Below, piece after piece: positions 17,696-26,296 of a stretch of 32,000 bases of DNA. The DNA lies in assembly GCA_016840465.1 (NCBI GenBank), contig JAEOSH010000001.1, forward strand, positions 1-32,000. Direction: 5' to 3'. The stretch's first letter is position 1. Every line of letters begins with the position of its first letter. Below the pieces are notes generated by a model. It was given only the letters and a program-made list of their open reading frames with translations. It made no database searches and was not told the origin of the DNA. The position numbers and the translations under genes were made by a program. This stretch comes from Candidatus Baldrarchaeum yapensis. Lineage in GTDB: Archaea; Asgardarchaeota; Baldrarchaeia; Baldrarchaeales; Baldrarchaeaceae.

Positions 17696-18478
17696 ATGGA
17701 AGAAGTTCCTGAAATCGCGAAATGGACATGGAAAATAATAAAGGAAAGAAGAGCAATAAGAGATTTCATTAAAGACAAGCCTGTACCAGATGATTACTTA
17801 TACAGAATTATAGAGGCCGCATGCCAAGCACCAAGCCCAGAGAATTACCAGCCATGGAGGTTCATAATAATAAAGGACAAGGAGATGTTGCGCTTCATAA
17901 GGGACAAGGCGATCGGTGCATGTATAAGGATGTTCGGCGTAAAGGTTCCACGCACCGAGGCCATAAAGCGTTTCTGGTATATGGTAGAGGGAGAAGAGGA
18001 CGTTTTCTCGAAGTTCTATAGAATAGAAACGAGCCTGCACGTGATGGCGAATGGATGGAGAATGTGCTACTACTACGATGCTCCCGTGATGATAGCCGTT
18101 GTTGTTGACACAACAAATCTCGGAGAGCACGGATGGTACAGAATGCCCACTACAGGAGAGTGGCCTATAGGCTCTAAGCAACTGGATTTGACATTTGTAC
18201 AGGCCGGTCTTGCAGTACAGAATATGTGGCTAATGGCGCATGCGCTAGGTTTAGGGATGTGCGTACATAACTTCGAGACTGAAGAGGCGCAGGACGAGAC
18301 AGAGATTGCAGAAAGGCTTGGAATTCCATATCCGAGGTGGAGAATAGCAGTGCTGGCGTCAATTGGATGGCCGGCACGACCTAGAATACTCGGTCCGAAA
18401 CGATACACACCAGAACAGGTTACCTTCTCTGAAAGATTTGGAAATCCGTATAAATTTGAGAAAAAACCCACATGGTAG
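17696..18478 (+). CDS. Nitroreductase-family flavoprotein
   Basis: RRAIRDF, QAPSPENYQPWRFIII, AGLAVQNMWLMAHALGLGMC, IGWP; carries a central insertion of about 40-50 aa. Confidence 0.92.
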   Translation: MEEVPEIAKWTWKIIKERRAIRDFIKDKPVPDDYLYRIIEAACQAPSPENYQPWRFIIIKDKEMLRFIRDKAIGACIRMFGVKVPRTEAIKRFWYMVEGEEDVFSKFYRIETSLHVMANGWRMCYYYDAPVMIAVVVDTTNLGEHGWYRMPTTGEWPIGSKQLDLTFVQAGLAVQNMWLMAHALGLGMCVHNFETEEAQDETEIAERLGIPYPRWRIAVLASIGWPARPRILGPKRYTPEQVTFSERFGNPYKFEKKPTW

Positions 18479-18486
18479 GTGGTTCT

Positions 18487-19149
18487 ATGAGTGAGAAAAT
18501 AGATCCGAAGGAATTTCTCCAAAAATTATATGTTCAGGCATGGGATAGCATGAGGGTCCGCATAGGCGCACTCATTATGAACCAGGTTTGGAAAGAGACG
18601 CTATCATACGTCGCTCATGACATTGCACGAAAGTTTGTCAAAAAGGGAACAATAGAGGAAGCAGTCGAAATTATGAAGATGTTCGATGAGTTCCTAGGAA
18701 TAGAGAGCGAGATAGTAGAAAGCACAGATAAGAAAATAGTTATGAAAGTAACAAGGTGTCCATTCTTTGAAAATGTAAAAAATACGCTTTTTGAGTGGGA
18801 AATTCAATGTCAAGCAATATTCTGTGGAGCTATTGGCCTAGGAATTGCCAAGGCTGTTTCTCCAAATCTAAAATTCAAGGTTACAGAGTGGATGCATATA
18901 GGGCCAACGAAGAAAAGTGGAAGACGCCCACATTGCATAAGAGTGATCGAATGGACGGATAGGGCGTTAACGCTCGACGGTATGCGGTGCAAACACGAAA
19001 TCATTACCGATAGGACGCGTGGGGAGTGCGAGATTTACAAATGGTGCCCTTATGGATTAGGTTTTTATGCCCCTTCGGATTATCCACGAGAGGATTTAGA
19101 GGACTGCCCATATTACGAGCCTCGTGGTGAGACTCAAGAAGAGAAATAA
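18487..19149 (+). CDS. V4R / L-2-amino-thiazoline-4-carboxylate-hydrolase-like protein with an extra Cys-rich C-terminal module
   Basis: KIVMKVTRCPFFE...CQAIFC...HCIRVIEW pattern; tail RCKHE..GECEIYKWCP..DCPYYEP. ATG 18487 follows GGTGG. Confidence 0.7.
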   Translation: MSEKIDPKEFLQKLYVQAWDSMRVRIGALIMNQVWKETLSYVAHDIARKFVKKGTIEEAVEIMKMFDEFLGIESEIVESTDKKIVMKVTRCPFFENVKNTLFEWEIQCQAIFCGAIGLGIAKAVSPNLKFKVTEWMHIGPTKKSGRRPHCIRVIEWTDRALTLDGMRCKHEIITDRTRGECEIYKWCPYGLGFYAPSDYPREDLEDCPYYEPRGETQEEK

Positions 19150-19155
19150 GGAGGT

Positions 19156-20613
19156 ATGGAAGTGCCCGTCGACCCTAAGATCATAGAGGCGCTAGAAAGT
19201 ATAGTTGGGCCAGAGTACGTGACCACCGACGAGGTCATTCTCGCGTCCTATGTGAGCAAGGGGATCATGGGACTTGAAGCACAACGCGCGGACATAGTTG
19301 TCCGTCCCAAATATGTTGAAGAGGTAAGAAGAATACTGATGCTTGCAAACGAGCATAAGATTCCAGTTACACCAGTTGCTGGTGGTTTAAGTGGAGGATA
19401 TGCGTGTCCTACAGTAAAACCTGGTGGTATACTCTTAGATCTTTCCAGAATGAATAGAATCCTTGAAGTTGACACTGATGCACGATATGTGGTTGTTGAA
19501 CCTGGAGTTCGATGTGGACAAATCTGGAGGTTCTTTAGGGATAATTATCCCGAATGGGCGCCACCAATACCTGATGGAGCACCACCAGCCGCAACTGTTC
19601 TTGGAGATGCTCTTGAAAGAGGATTTTCCCTCGTAACCAGCAAATATGGTCCACAGGCGGATTTGGTGCTTGGACTAGAAGTTGTCCTGCCAACCGGTGA
19701 TATTCTAAGAACAGGATCTTGGGCATTACCAGGCGCAAAACCCTTCTACAGGTGGGGACTTGGACCTGACTTCACTGGACTCTTCCTTGGCTCACAAGGA
19801 ACCCTAGGTGTAGTCACAAAGATGGCGATAAAGATTGTGCCACATCCGGAGCATAAGGACATAGTTGCGCTTGCATTTGAAGACCCCGAGACTATGCAAA
19901 AGGTAACCCTCAGGATCCTGAAGAAAGAAGTTGGTGTTATGGTACAGGGAGGTAACTGGTGGCTTGTACCCACACGAATGGATCATGAGTCAAAGCTTCC
20001 ACATGATTATGAGTTCTGGAAGAAAAGAGGAGTCCCTAAGTACTTCATGAACTTCGAAATATGGGGTATAACGAAAGAGCATTTGGAACTCGAGAAGAAG
20101 ATTATAGATGAAGAGGTAAAGGCAGCAAAGAGCAAAGGAGAGGTTGTTGATTACTGGAAATTACATCCAAGACAGGTTGCTAGCAGACTTAAGAAGCCTA
20201 ACAAGATAGCGATTCCGTATGCCAAGTGGAGAGGGGCATTCCTCTTCATCACATGGTACCTCCCATGGAAGGGGCTTGCAGAGTTCATGAAGATATGTGA
20301 GCAGAAAATGGAAGAGTATGGCTTTGCGCCAGTTATTTGGGTGGCATCCATTGAACATGGAAGGGAATGCATCGGAATGCCCATTGTTTGCTTTAACAAC
20401 AGAGATCCAGATGATATCCAGAGAGTTATCGAGTTTAACAGAGAAACCACAGAGATCTTCCTAGATAAGGGATGGATAAACTACAGACCCGATGCGAAGA
20501 TTCATGCACCCGCCATGTACAGCAGAGCGCAGGGTTATTACTACTGGTTAAAGAAGATAAAGCAGTTATTCGATCCTAATGGCATTATGCATCCCGGAAG
20601 ATTGTGCCTCTAA
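19156..20613 (+). CDS. FAD-binding oxidoreductase of the VAO/PCMH (p-cresol methylhydroxylase-like) branch
   Basis: DLSRMNRILEVD, VEPGV, IPDG..TVLGDALERG, GLEVVLPTGDILRTG, FYRWGLGPDFTGLF, GWINYR, FDPNGIMHPG. GGAGG SD. Confidence 0.92.
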   Translation: MEVPVDPKIIEALESIVGPEYVTTDEVILASYVSKGIMGLEAQRADIVVRPKYVEEVRRILMLANEHKIPVTPVAGGLSGGYACPTVKPGGILLDLSRMNRILEVDTDARYVVVEPGVRCGQIWRFFRDNYPEWAPPIPDGAPPAATVLGDALERGFSLVTSKYGPQADLVLGLEVVLPTGDILRTGSWALPGAKPFYRWGLGPDFTGLFLGSQGTLGVVTKMAIKIVPHPEHKDIVALAFEDPETMQKVTLRILKKEVGVMVQGGNWWLVPTRMDHESKLPHDYEFWKKRGVPKYFMNFEIWGITKEHLELEKKIIDEEVKAAKSKGEVVDYWKLHPRQVASRLKKPNKIAIPYAKWRGAFLFITWYLPWKGLAEFMKICEQKMEEYGFAPVIWVASIEHGRECIGMPIVCFNNRDPDDIQRVIEFNRETTEIFLDKGWINYRPDAKIHAPAMYSRAQGYYYWLKKIKQLFDPNGIMHPGRLCL

Positions 20614-20645
20614 TTTTTTAACCTTATTTGGTGGAGGTATGCCGA

Positions 20646-21860
20646 ATGAGCGCGCTTGAGGAATTAAAGAAATATGAGGAGTATATTTACAGATGTATAC
20701 ACTGTAAAACGTGCCGAATGGCATATACTGACGACCCTGAGAAAATATATCCAGAAAACTGTCCCGCTGGTAAGAAGTTCGAATGGGAGGCGTTTTACAA
20801 CAGCGGTAAGATGTGGATACTGAAGGCGATACTCGAAGGAGAGCTTGATTGGAACGAGAGAGTGGCCGAGATTTTCTACCTATGCCCGACGTGTGGTAAC
20901 TGCCAGCAACAGTGCGAGAACGATATACCAACAGTTGAGATAATAGAGGCCGTCAGAGCCGTTTGTGTAGAGAAGGGGTTGGGACCACTACCACGTCAAA
21001 AAATGTTCGGCGAGTTGACCGCGAAATACCGCAACCCATATGGAGAACCTCATGAGAAGAGGCTAGACTGGTTGCCCTCTGACATAAGGAACTCTCTCCC
21101 CGAAAAGGCTGATGTATACTACTTCGTTGGGTGCACTGCTTCTTATAGAATTCAGAACGTTGCGCTGGCGACCGTCAGCGTTCTTAGAAAACTTGGTATA
21201 AACTTTACAATCTCGCCTGATGAGTGGTGCTGTAATTCTCCACTTCTCAGAACCGGTCAGTTGTCACTTGCAAAGGAATACATGCAACATAACATCGATG
21301 TCATAGAGAAAACTGGAGCAAGCGTTGTCATCACCTCCTGTGCGGGATGCTACAGAACATTAAAGGTCGATTTCCCGAGATTTGTTGGGAAATACGACTT
21401 TGAAGTGAAGCACAGTGTAGAGTTCATTTATGATCTGATCCAAGAAGGTAAACTCGATCCGAGCAAATTCAAGAAGATAAACCTAGTCGCCACATACCAC
21501 GATCCATGCCACTATGGAAGACACATTGTGTTAAGAATGGAGGATCGTAAGAAGAAGGAGGAGTTCTTTGAGGTTCCAAGGAAGATCATAGAGTACCTTG
21601 GTATAGAATTGCGTGAAATGAGAAGAATCAAGGCTGACTCATGGTGCTGTGGTGCTGGTGGTGGAGTCAAGGCGGGTGCTCCTGACTTTGCGCTGGAGAC
21701 CGCCATGGAAAGGATAAAGGAAGCGTTGGAAACGGGTGCACAGGCTCTCCTCTCGGCGTGTCCGTTCTGCTATAGGAACCTGACGGACGCCATAAAGGCG
21801 ATGAATGCAAAACTGGAGTTCTACGACTTGATAGAGTTGCTAGACAAGGCAATCCAGTAA
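20646..21860 (+). CDS. HdrD/GlpC-like Fe-S protein (2x[4Fe-4S] plus two CCG domains)
   Basis: CIHCKTC...CP and CPTCGNCQQQC; VGC..WCCNSP..CAGC; YHDPCH..WCCGAGGG..CPFC. ATG 20646 follows GGAGGT. Confidence 0.93.
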   Translation: MSALEELKKYEEYIYRCIHCKTCRMAYTDDPEKIYPENCPAGKKFEWEAFYNSGKMWILKAILEGELDWNERVAEIFYLCPTCGNCQQQCENDIPTVEIIEAVRAVCVEKGLGPLPRQKMFGELTAKYRNPYGEPHEKRLDWLPSDIRNSLPEKADVYYFVGCTASYRIQNVALATVSVLRKLGINFTISPDEWCCNSPLLRTGQLSLAKEYMQHNIDVIEKTGASVVITSCAGCYRTLKVDFPRFVGKYDFEVKHSVEFIYDLIQEGKLDPSKFKKINLVATYHDPCHYGRHIVLRMEDRKKKEEFFEVPRKIIEYLGIELREMRRIKADSWCCGAGGGVKAGAPDFALETAMERIKEALETGAQALLSACPFCYRNLTDAIKAMNAKLEFYDLIELLDKAIQ

Positions 21861-21867
21861 CTCCAAA

Positions 21868-21882
21868 TTTTTACATTTTTTT
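21868..21882 (+). terminator. U-rich terminator of the redox operon
   Basis: TTTTTACATTTTTTT directly after the stop, in the 24-nt gap before the convergent cooC gene. Confidence 0.6.
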
Positions 21883-21884
21883 AG

Positions 21885-22664
21885 TTAAACGGATAAGTAG
21901 GGCAGTAATGTTCGTTTTATTACTGATTTTGTTGCATCATACGCTTTGGAGTTTATAGGCACATCCAGAAGAGGTTTCCCCTCAAAGTTGTATTCTGCCA
22001 CTATCTCGTCATAAGGTATAATTCCTGCAAATGTTATGTTAGCCGACTGTGCTATTTTTTCAAATGCAGCTGTCAATTTACTCGATACCATATTTCCAAC
22101 AAGAAAGATTTTCTTGAATCGTGTTAGTAATTTTTCGGAAAGATCTTTGATCCTGAGCACTGTTTGCATGCTCATTTTTGACCCATCTGCAAGAATGTAA
22201 AGTATGTCTACATCTCTATCCGTCCTCCGGCTTATATGTTCGAGGCCCGCCGGCATGTCCATAAGTATTACGTCGTAGTTTTCTAATAACATCCCTACTA
22301 TTGTTGTGAGCAGGCTATTTACAAGACAATAACATCCCTCACGCTCAGTGACCCCCATGACTAATAAATCGAATCCTCGCCCCTCTTCGAGGATTTCAAA
22401 AATCTGTTTTTCTAAGTAAAGTTTTTTATCGAAATCAGGGGGCAAATCATATTTTGAGTCCTTCACTTCGTTAACAACATCTCCTACTGTTCTTTTGACA
22501 TCAATTCCAAGCACATCAGGCAAATTCGAATCGGGATCAGCATCTACTAATAATATGTCCAGATTGCTTGCAACGTCGAGGAGATATTTTAACGTTAATG
22601 CGGTAAATGTTGTTTTTCCAACGCCTCCCTTACCTGAGACTGAAACCACTACGGCTCTTTTCAT
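21885..22664 (-). CDS. cooC: CooC/AcsF-family nickel-insertion ATPase
   Basis: Deviant Walker A GKGGVGKTT, VDADP, signature GCYC, DMPAGLEH, P-x-D-x-x-V. Confidence 0.88.
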   Translation of the reverse strand: MKRAVVVSVSGKGGVGKTTFTALTLKYLLDVASNLDILLVDADPDSNLPDVLGIDVKRTVGDVVNEVKDSKYDLPPDFDKKLYLEKQIFEILEEGRGFDLLVMGVTEREGCYCLVNSLLTTIVGMLLENYDVILMDMPAGLEHISRRTDRDVDILYILADGSKMSMQTVLRIKDLSEKLLTRFKKIFLVGNMVSSKLTAAFEKIAQSANITFAGIIPYDEIVAEYNFEGKPLLDVPINSKAYDATKSVIKRTLLPYLSV

Positions 22665-22726
22665 AAAATTACACCCGATCTGATACTTGAGTGACCTGAA
22701 ACCTCGTGCGAGTATTAGAACTTAGG

Positions 22727-22735
22727 TTTATAAAA
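22727..22735 (-). promoter_or_regulatory. Probable TATA box of cooC
   Basis: TTTTATAAA on the minus strand about 65 nt upstream of ATG 22664; GGGTG SD-like motif before the ATG. Confidence 0.4.
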
Positions 22736-22740
22736 GGAAT

Positions 22741-23319
22741 CTATGTTGCCTCATCATCAAACTTACACTTTTCACGAAGCCGCCTCTGCACATTCATTGC
22801 TATGTAGATTCTCCTAAAGGCCTTAAGCAGATTTTTATCGGTGCATAATTTGAGTTTTTGCTCATAGGGCATCCTTAGGAACTCCTCTACTCGAGATCTA
22901 TCTACCGGATCTATACAAATATCTGACAGTGATAACACGTACTCTGCAAACTCAGAAAGCATCTGAACAGCAAATTCCGCATTTATCTTTTCAAGTCGGA
23001 ACCTTATTATCGAAATTTCATCTTTCTTCTCGAGTTTCTTAAAATGCGTCTTTAGTGCATTTAGAAGTTCCTCCACTGATGAAAAACCCTCTTTTTGAGC
23101 ATCCTCATCTCTCAATTCTGAGACAATTTTCTGCTCGACTTCTTGGATTCTACCTATACCTATTACCCCACCATCACTTCCTCGTGCATGTAACATGACA
23201 ACATCATTTGCTTTCAGTCCTTTGTTCGTTTTTCGAATGGTTGCCCGCTTAAGACCCAATAATATTTCAAGTGCATAATTTCGACTAAACCCTAAATGTT
23301 TAATCTTCTGCCTCCTCAT
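22741..23319 (-). CDS. ASCH-domain protein with C-terminal helical extension (ASCH-1)
   Basis: LGFSRNYALEILLGLKRATIR, GDVV-like NDVVML, EDAQKEGFSSVEEL..L; start overlaps the tmcA stop by 20 nt. Confidence 0.88.
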   Translation of the reverse strand: MRRQKIKHLGFSRNYALEILLGLKRATIRKTNKGLKANDVVMLHARGSDGGVIGIGRIQEVEQKIVSELRDEDAQKEGFSSVEELLNALKTHFKKLEKKDEISIIRFRLEKINAEFAVQMLSEFAEYVLSLSDICIDPVDRSRVEEFLRMPYEQKLKLCTDKNLLKAFRRIYIAMNVQRRLREKCKFDDEAT

Positions 23320-25795
23320 CTTCTCTACCTGCGGACTCTAAGAGTTCGCCACCTAGTTTTGAGTACCGTACGCCAAGTGTATCGAGAATGTGGGGCGGAG
23401 GAATATAATGTTTGAGGAAATTCCTAATTATGTGCTCTAACTCTATTATACACCATTTTACGCTCTTCTTTAGAGCGTCTGCGGTTTCGTCCCATGGTTT
23501 TGCTTGTAGTATCTTAAGTATTAGCAAGAACTTTTGCTTTCTATTAAGGGTGGGCCTCTTTGCTGATTCGTGAAGGAAATATCTTATCGTTATTTTCTTT
23601 ATTGCATCAACAACTGCATTATATGGTAGTATTTCCTCAGCAAAGCAGTTTAGCCTTTCCCATTGGGATCTAGTCAATTCCGGCGGCGGGACGGCATATG
23701 CATCAAAATCTTCGGAAAGATGTACTGGTTCAAGTAGACGAACTGCGACTTCCGGCTCCATGTCACGCAGTATATCGGCCAGCAGATCTATCATTTTCGC
23801 TCTAAACTCGCGATGCATTTCAAAAACTATTTCTTTCGCCTTTTTACTGAGCGGTTTTATCACGACCACACTGAACTCTCCACTGACTGGGTTGCGTTCA
23901 GGGGAAACGTATACAGGAAGAAATCCGTTCTTTTTCCAGAATTTCAACAGTGCATCGCTTGCACCGAATACCGATCCCACCCAGTCATATCCCGCTTCTT
24001 CAGCGTACTTGCATAACATTTCAAGAGCTTTACTTCCTAAGCCCCTATCCATGACTTGTGGGTGCGTTGCGATTCTGACAATCCTCAGTCCTTTCAATTT
24101 GCCGAATTCCGGTGTCCTATGATGTTCTATGACTATATCGGGGATTATATTGCCGGGTGGATCGTATCGCTCATAGTATATTTTATCTATGATCTCATCG
24201 GGGAGTGATCCCTCTTCAGCCACCTGAAGAGCATTTACAATCGCGTTTCTTGTTCCGGTTTTCAGCGCAAACGCTTTATGATGTGGAGCATCTGCTAATA
24301 ACGCAACATCGTTCGGTCTATTCCGATAATGTGCATACACGTAAATTCCAACAAATTGGCGCATTTCGTCCTGTCGCTGTCCCTTAACAAACCAAACATC
24401 CTTGTCAATACTTACCAGTCTCACATTCTTCGATTTTACGTCCTCGAGATCCTGTGATGTTAGATCGACCGGTTCTGCATCGAGAAGAAGTGTGTCAAAA
24501 AGCCATTTCTCAATAGGATCCTCCTCTGCGTATCTAATAGGCTCCTCTATCTTAAGGGTATGCAACTCTATGTCCTTCTTCTCACGCAATGCACCTAAGA
24601 ACCTGATCGAGAACCCCCTACCTGCTCCTTCGTACCCATGGGTTGTCGACGAGAATACTAGTAGTTTATATCTTTCTAAAAGTTTCCAGAGTACCGGAAC
24701 CGGTATCCCAGCCGCCTCATCAACCGCTATTATGTCTCCCTTTCTTCTCAAAGAGTACCAAGGCCTTGCATAAATTAGGGATCCCACCGAAGAATGTACT
24801 TCCTCAATATTATCCTCCCATTTGACGACATTATACTTATAGCCCAATATATCAAGCACGGTCATGTAAAACTTAAATAGTTGCTGGACATTTTCGGCTT
24901 CAGGCGCTGTTACTATTATCTGTAATCTTCTATCCCTATGAAGGTGAGCAATGGCGGCAAGTGCCATACCTAGAACCGCGGACTTCCCTCTTCCTCTATC
25001 AGCTGTTATTACAATAACCATTTTCTTTTTTGTCTTTTTGAGTAGATTTTCTAAAAGTTTAAGAGCTCTAACCTGGTCCTGAGTCGCAGCGAGTTTATAC
25101 ACTTCTTTCGGGAATTCAAAGGCTGACGGAAATTCGATGGGCCTCTTTTCCTGAGGTTTTTGGAAGAGTTCCCTATCTCCTTTTATAATTACTTCTTTAT
25201 CGGCGTCAAAAATGTAAATGCCTTCGTGTTCGAGAAGTTTTCTTATGAAACGGATAAGGAAGCGCGAAACAACATCGTTGATCGTGTAAGGGGGTGTGAC
25301 TAGCCGATGCTGGAAGTTTGTCCTGATATCTTTCCATTGAGAGAAACTTGGAGTCAGGAAAATCACTAACCCCCCTCCTCTCACCGTTTCAACAAGCCTC
25401 CCTATGTCATTTGGCTCCATGTTCTCCCAAAGATCAAGAATTATGAAGTCGTTTGTCGTCCCCATGAGTCTCGTTGTATTCATGAAAAGTTCAGAATCGA
25501 TTTCCACCCTTTTATCCGTATCTTTTAACGCCTTCGAAAGAAGCCCCCTGATGTAGTTATACGTGAGGTTAGATCTTTTTCCCTCGTCTAGCTTTGCTGC
25601 CATATAGCATCCTTTCAATTCTCTTTTTTCCGTCAATTTAGCAAGCAACGTTATTATCTTTGCTGTCAATTCAGCCTTTTTTTGGTAATCACTTCCAGAC
25701 ACGACAACCAGTCTTCTATGGTTTCTTCTAATCGCATTCTCTATTGCTATCGTCAGCATGCCTTCTACGGCTTTCTCAAAGAAGCCATCGAGCAT
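23300..25795 (-). CDS. tmcA: tRNA/RNA cytidine acetyltransferase TmcA (Nat10/Kre33 homolog)
   Basis: HRRLVVVSG, GRLVETVRGGG, TADRGRGKS, VDEAAGIP, STTHGYEGAGRGF, EEPIRYA, HYRNRPND, GNAT RIATHP..RGLGS. Confidence 0.96.
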   Translation of the reverse strand: MLDGFFEKAVEGMLTIAIENAIRRNHRRLVVVSGSDYQKKAELTAKIITLLAKLTEKRELKGCYMAAKLDEGKRSNLTYNYIRGLLSKALKDTDKRVEIDSELFMNTTRLMGTTNDFIILDLWENMEPNDIGRLVETVRGGGLVIFLTPSFSQWKDIRTNFQHRLVTPPYTINDVVSRFLIRFIRKLLEHEGIYIFDADKEVIIKGDRELFQKPQEKRPIEFPSAFEFPKEVYKLAATQDQVRALKLLENLLKKTKKKMVIVITADRGRGKSAVLGMALAAIAHLHRDRRLQIIVTAPEAENVQQLFKFYMTVLDILGYKYNVVKWEDNIEEVHSSVGSLIYARPWYSLRRKGDIIAVDEAAGIPVPVLWKLLERYKLLVFSSTTHGYEGAGRGFSIRFLGALREKKDIELHTLKIEEPIRYAEEDPIEKWLFDTLLLDAEPVDLTSQDLEDVKSKNVRLVSIDKDVWFVKGQRQDEMRQFVGIYVYAHYRNRPNDVALLADAPHHKAFALKTGTRNAIVNALQVAEEGSLPDEIIDKIYYERYDPPGNIIPDIVIEHHRTPEFGKLKGLRIVRIATHPQVMDRGLGSKALEMLCKYAEEAGYDWVGSVFGASDALLKFWKKNGFLPVYVSPERNPVSGEFSVVVIKPLSKKAKEIVFEMHREFRAKMIDLLADILRDMEPEVAVRLLEPVHLSEDFDAYAVPPPELTRSQWERLNCFAEEILPYNAVVDAIKKITIRYFLHESAKRPTLNRKQKFLLILKILQAKPWDETADALKKSVKWCIIELEHIIRNFLKHYIPPPHILDTLGVRYSKLGGELLESAGREDEEAED

Positions 25796-25898
25796 AACGA
25801 TACCTCGCTATGCTGATCGGAATGCCGCGCTTTGCCGCTTAATACAACCTAATTAAGTTACACAGAGGAATATAATAGCACCGTTAGGGGATTTGAAC

Positions 25899-26285
25899 TC
25901 ATACCGTGATTATATTTGCATCGAGATGCCTATACTTTTCGGGGTTTGCCGTAATTATATTTTTCGATTTCTCCAACGCGAATAGTGCAGCAACAATAGC
26001 CTCCTCCATCTCAAATCCCTGCGCCATGAAATTACGAGCCTCCAGAGCAATTCCCATGTCAACTGGCACTATATCAACTTGCAAATACGTCTTAAGTGCA
26101 GCGTCCATCACCGATAACATGTCCCATTTCCCCTCTTTGATCATTTTTGCACCGAAAACCAACAAAGTCACCGTCGAAACATAGAGTCTCATTCTTCCTT
26201 CTTTAACTGCAGACCATATTTCAAGAGCCCGTTTCTCCCCATTTGCTACTTTCTCCAGAAATGAGGAGTCCGCTATACCATCCAT
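25899..26285 (-). CDS. PIN-domain (VapC-like) protein with a degenerate active site
   Basis: IADSSF, LYVSTVTL, IVPVDMGIALEA, EEAIVAA, IITANPEKY pattern. ATG 26285, 11 nt after the GPN stop. Confidence 0.8.
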   Translation of the reverse strand: MDGIADSSFLEKVANGEKRALEIWSAVKEGRMRLYVSTVTLLVFGAKMIKEGKWDMLSVMDAALKTYLQVDIVPVDMGIALEARNFMAQGFEMEEAIVAALFALEKSKNIITANPEKYRHLDANIITV

Positions 26286-26296
26286 GTTTTTCACAC

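Noticed and set aside
25875-25905. GTTCAAATCCC on the minus strand resembling a tRNA T-loop
   Set aside because: The flanks do not form a 5-bp T stem, no acceptor, D or anticodon arms are present, and the upstream sequence is the PIN coding region.
25899-26285. VapBC toxin-antitoxin module
   Set aside because: No antitoxin ORF is present and the active site appears degenerate.
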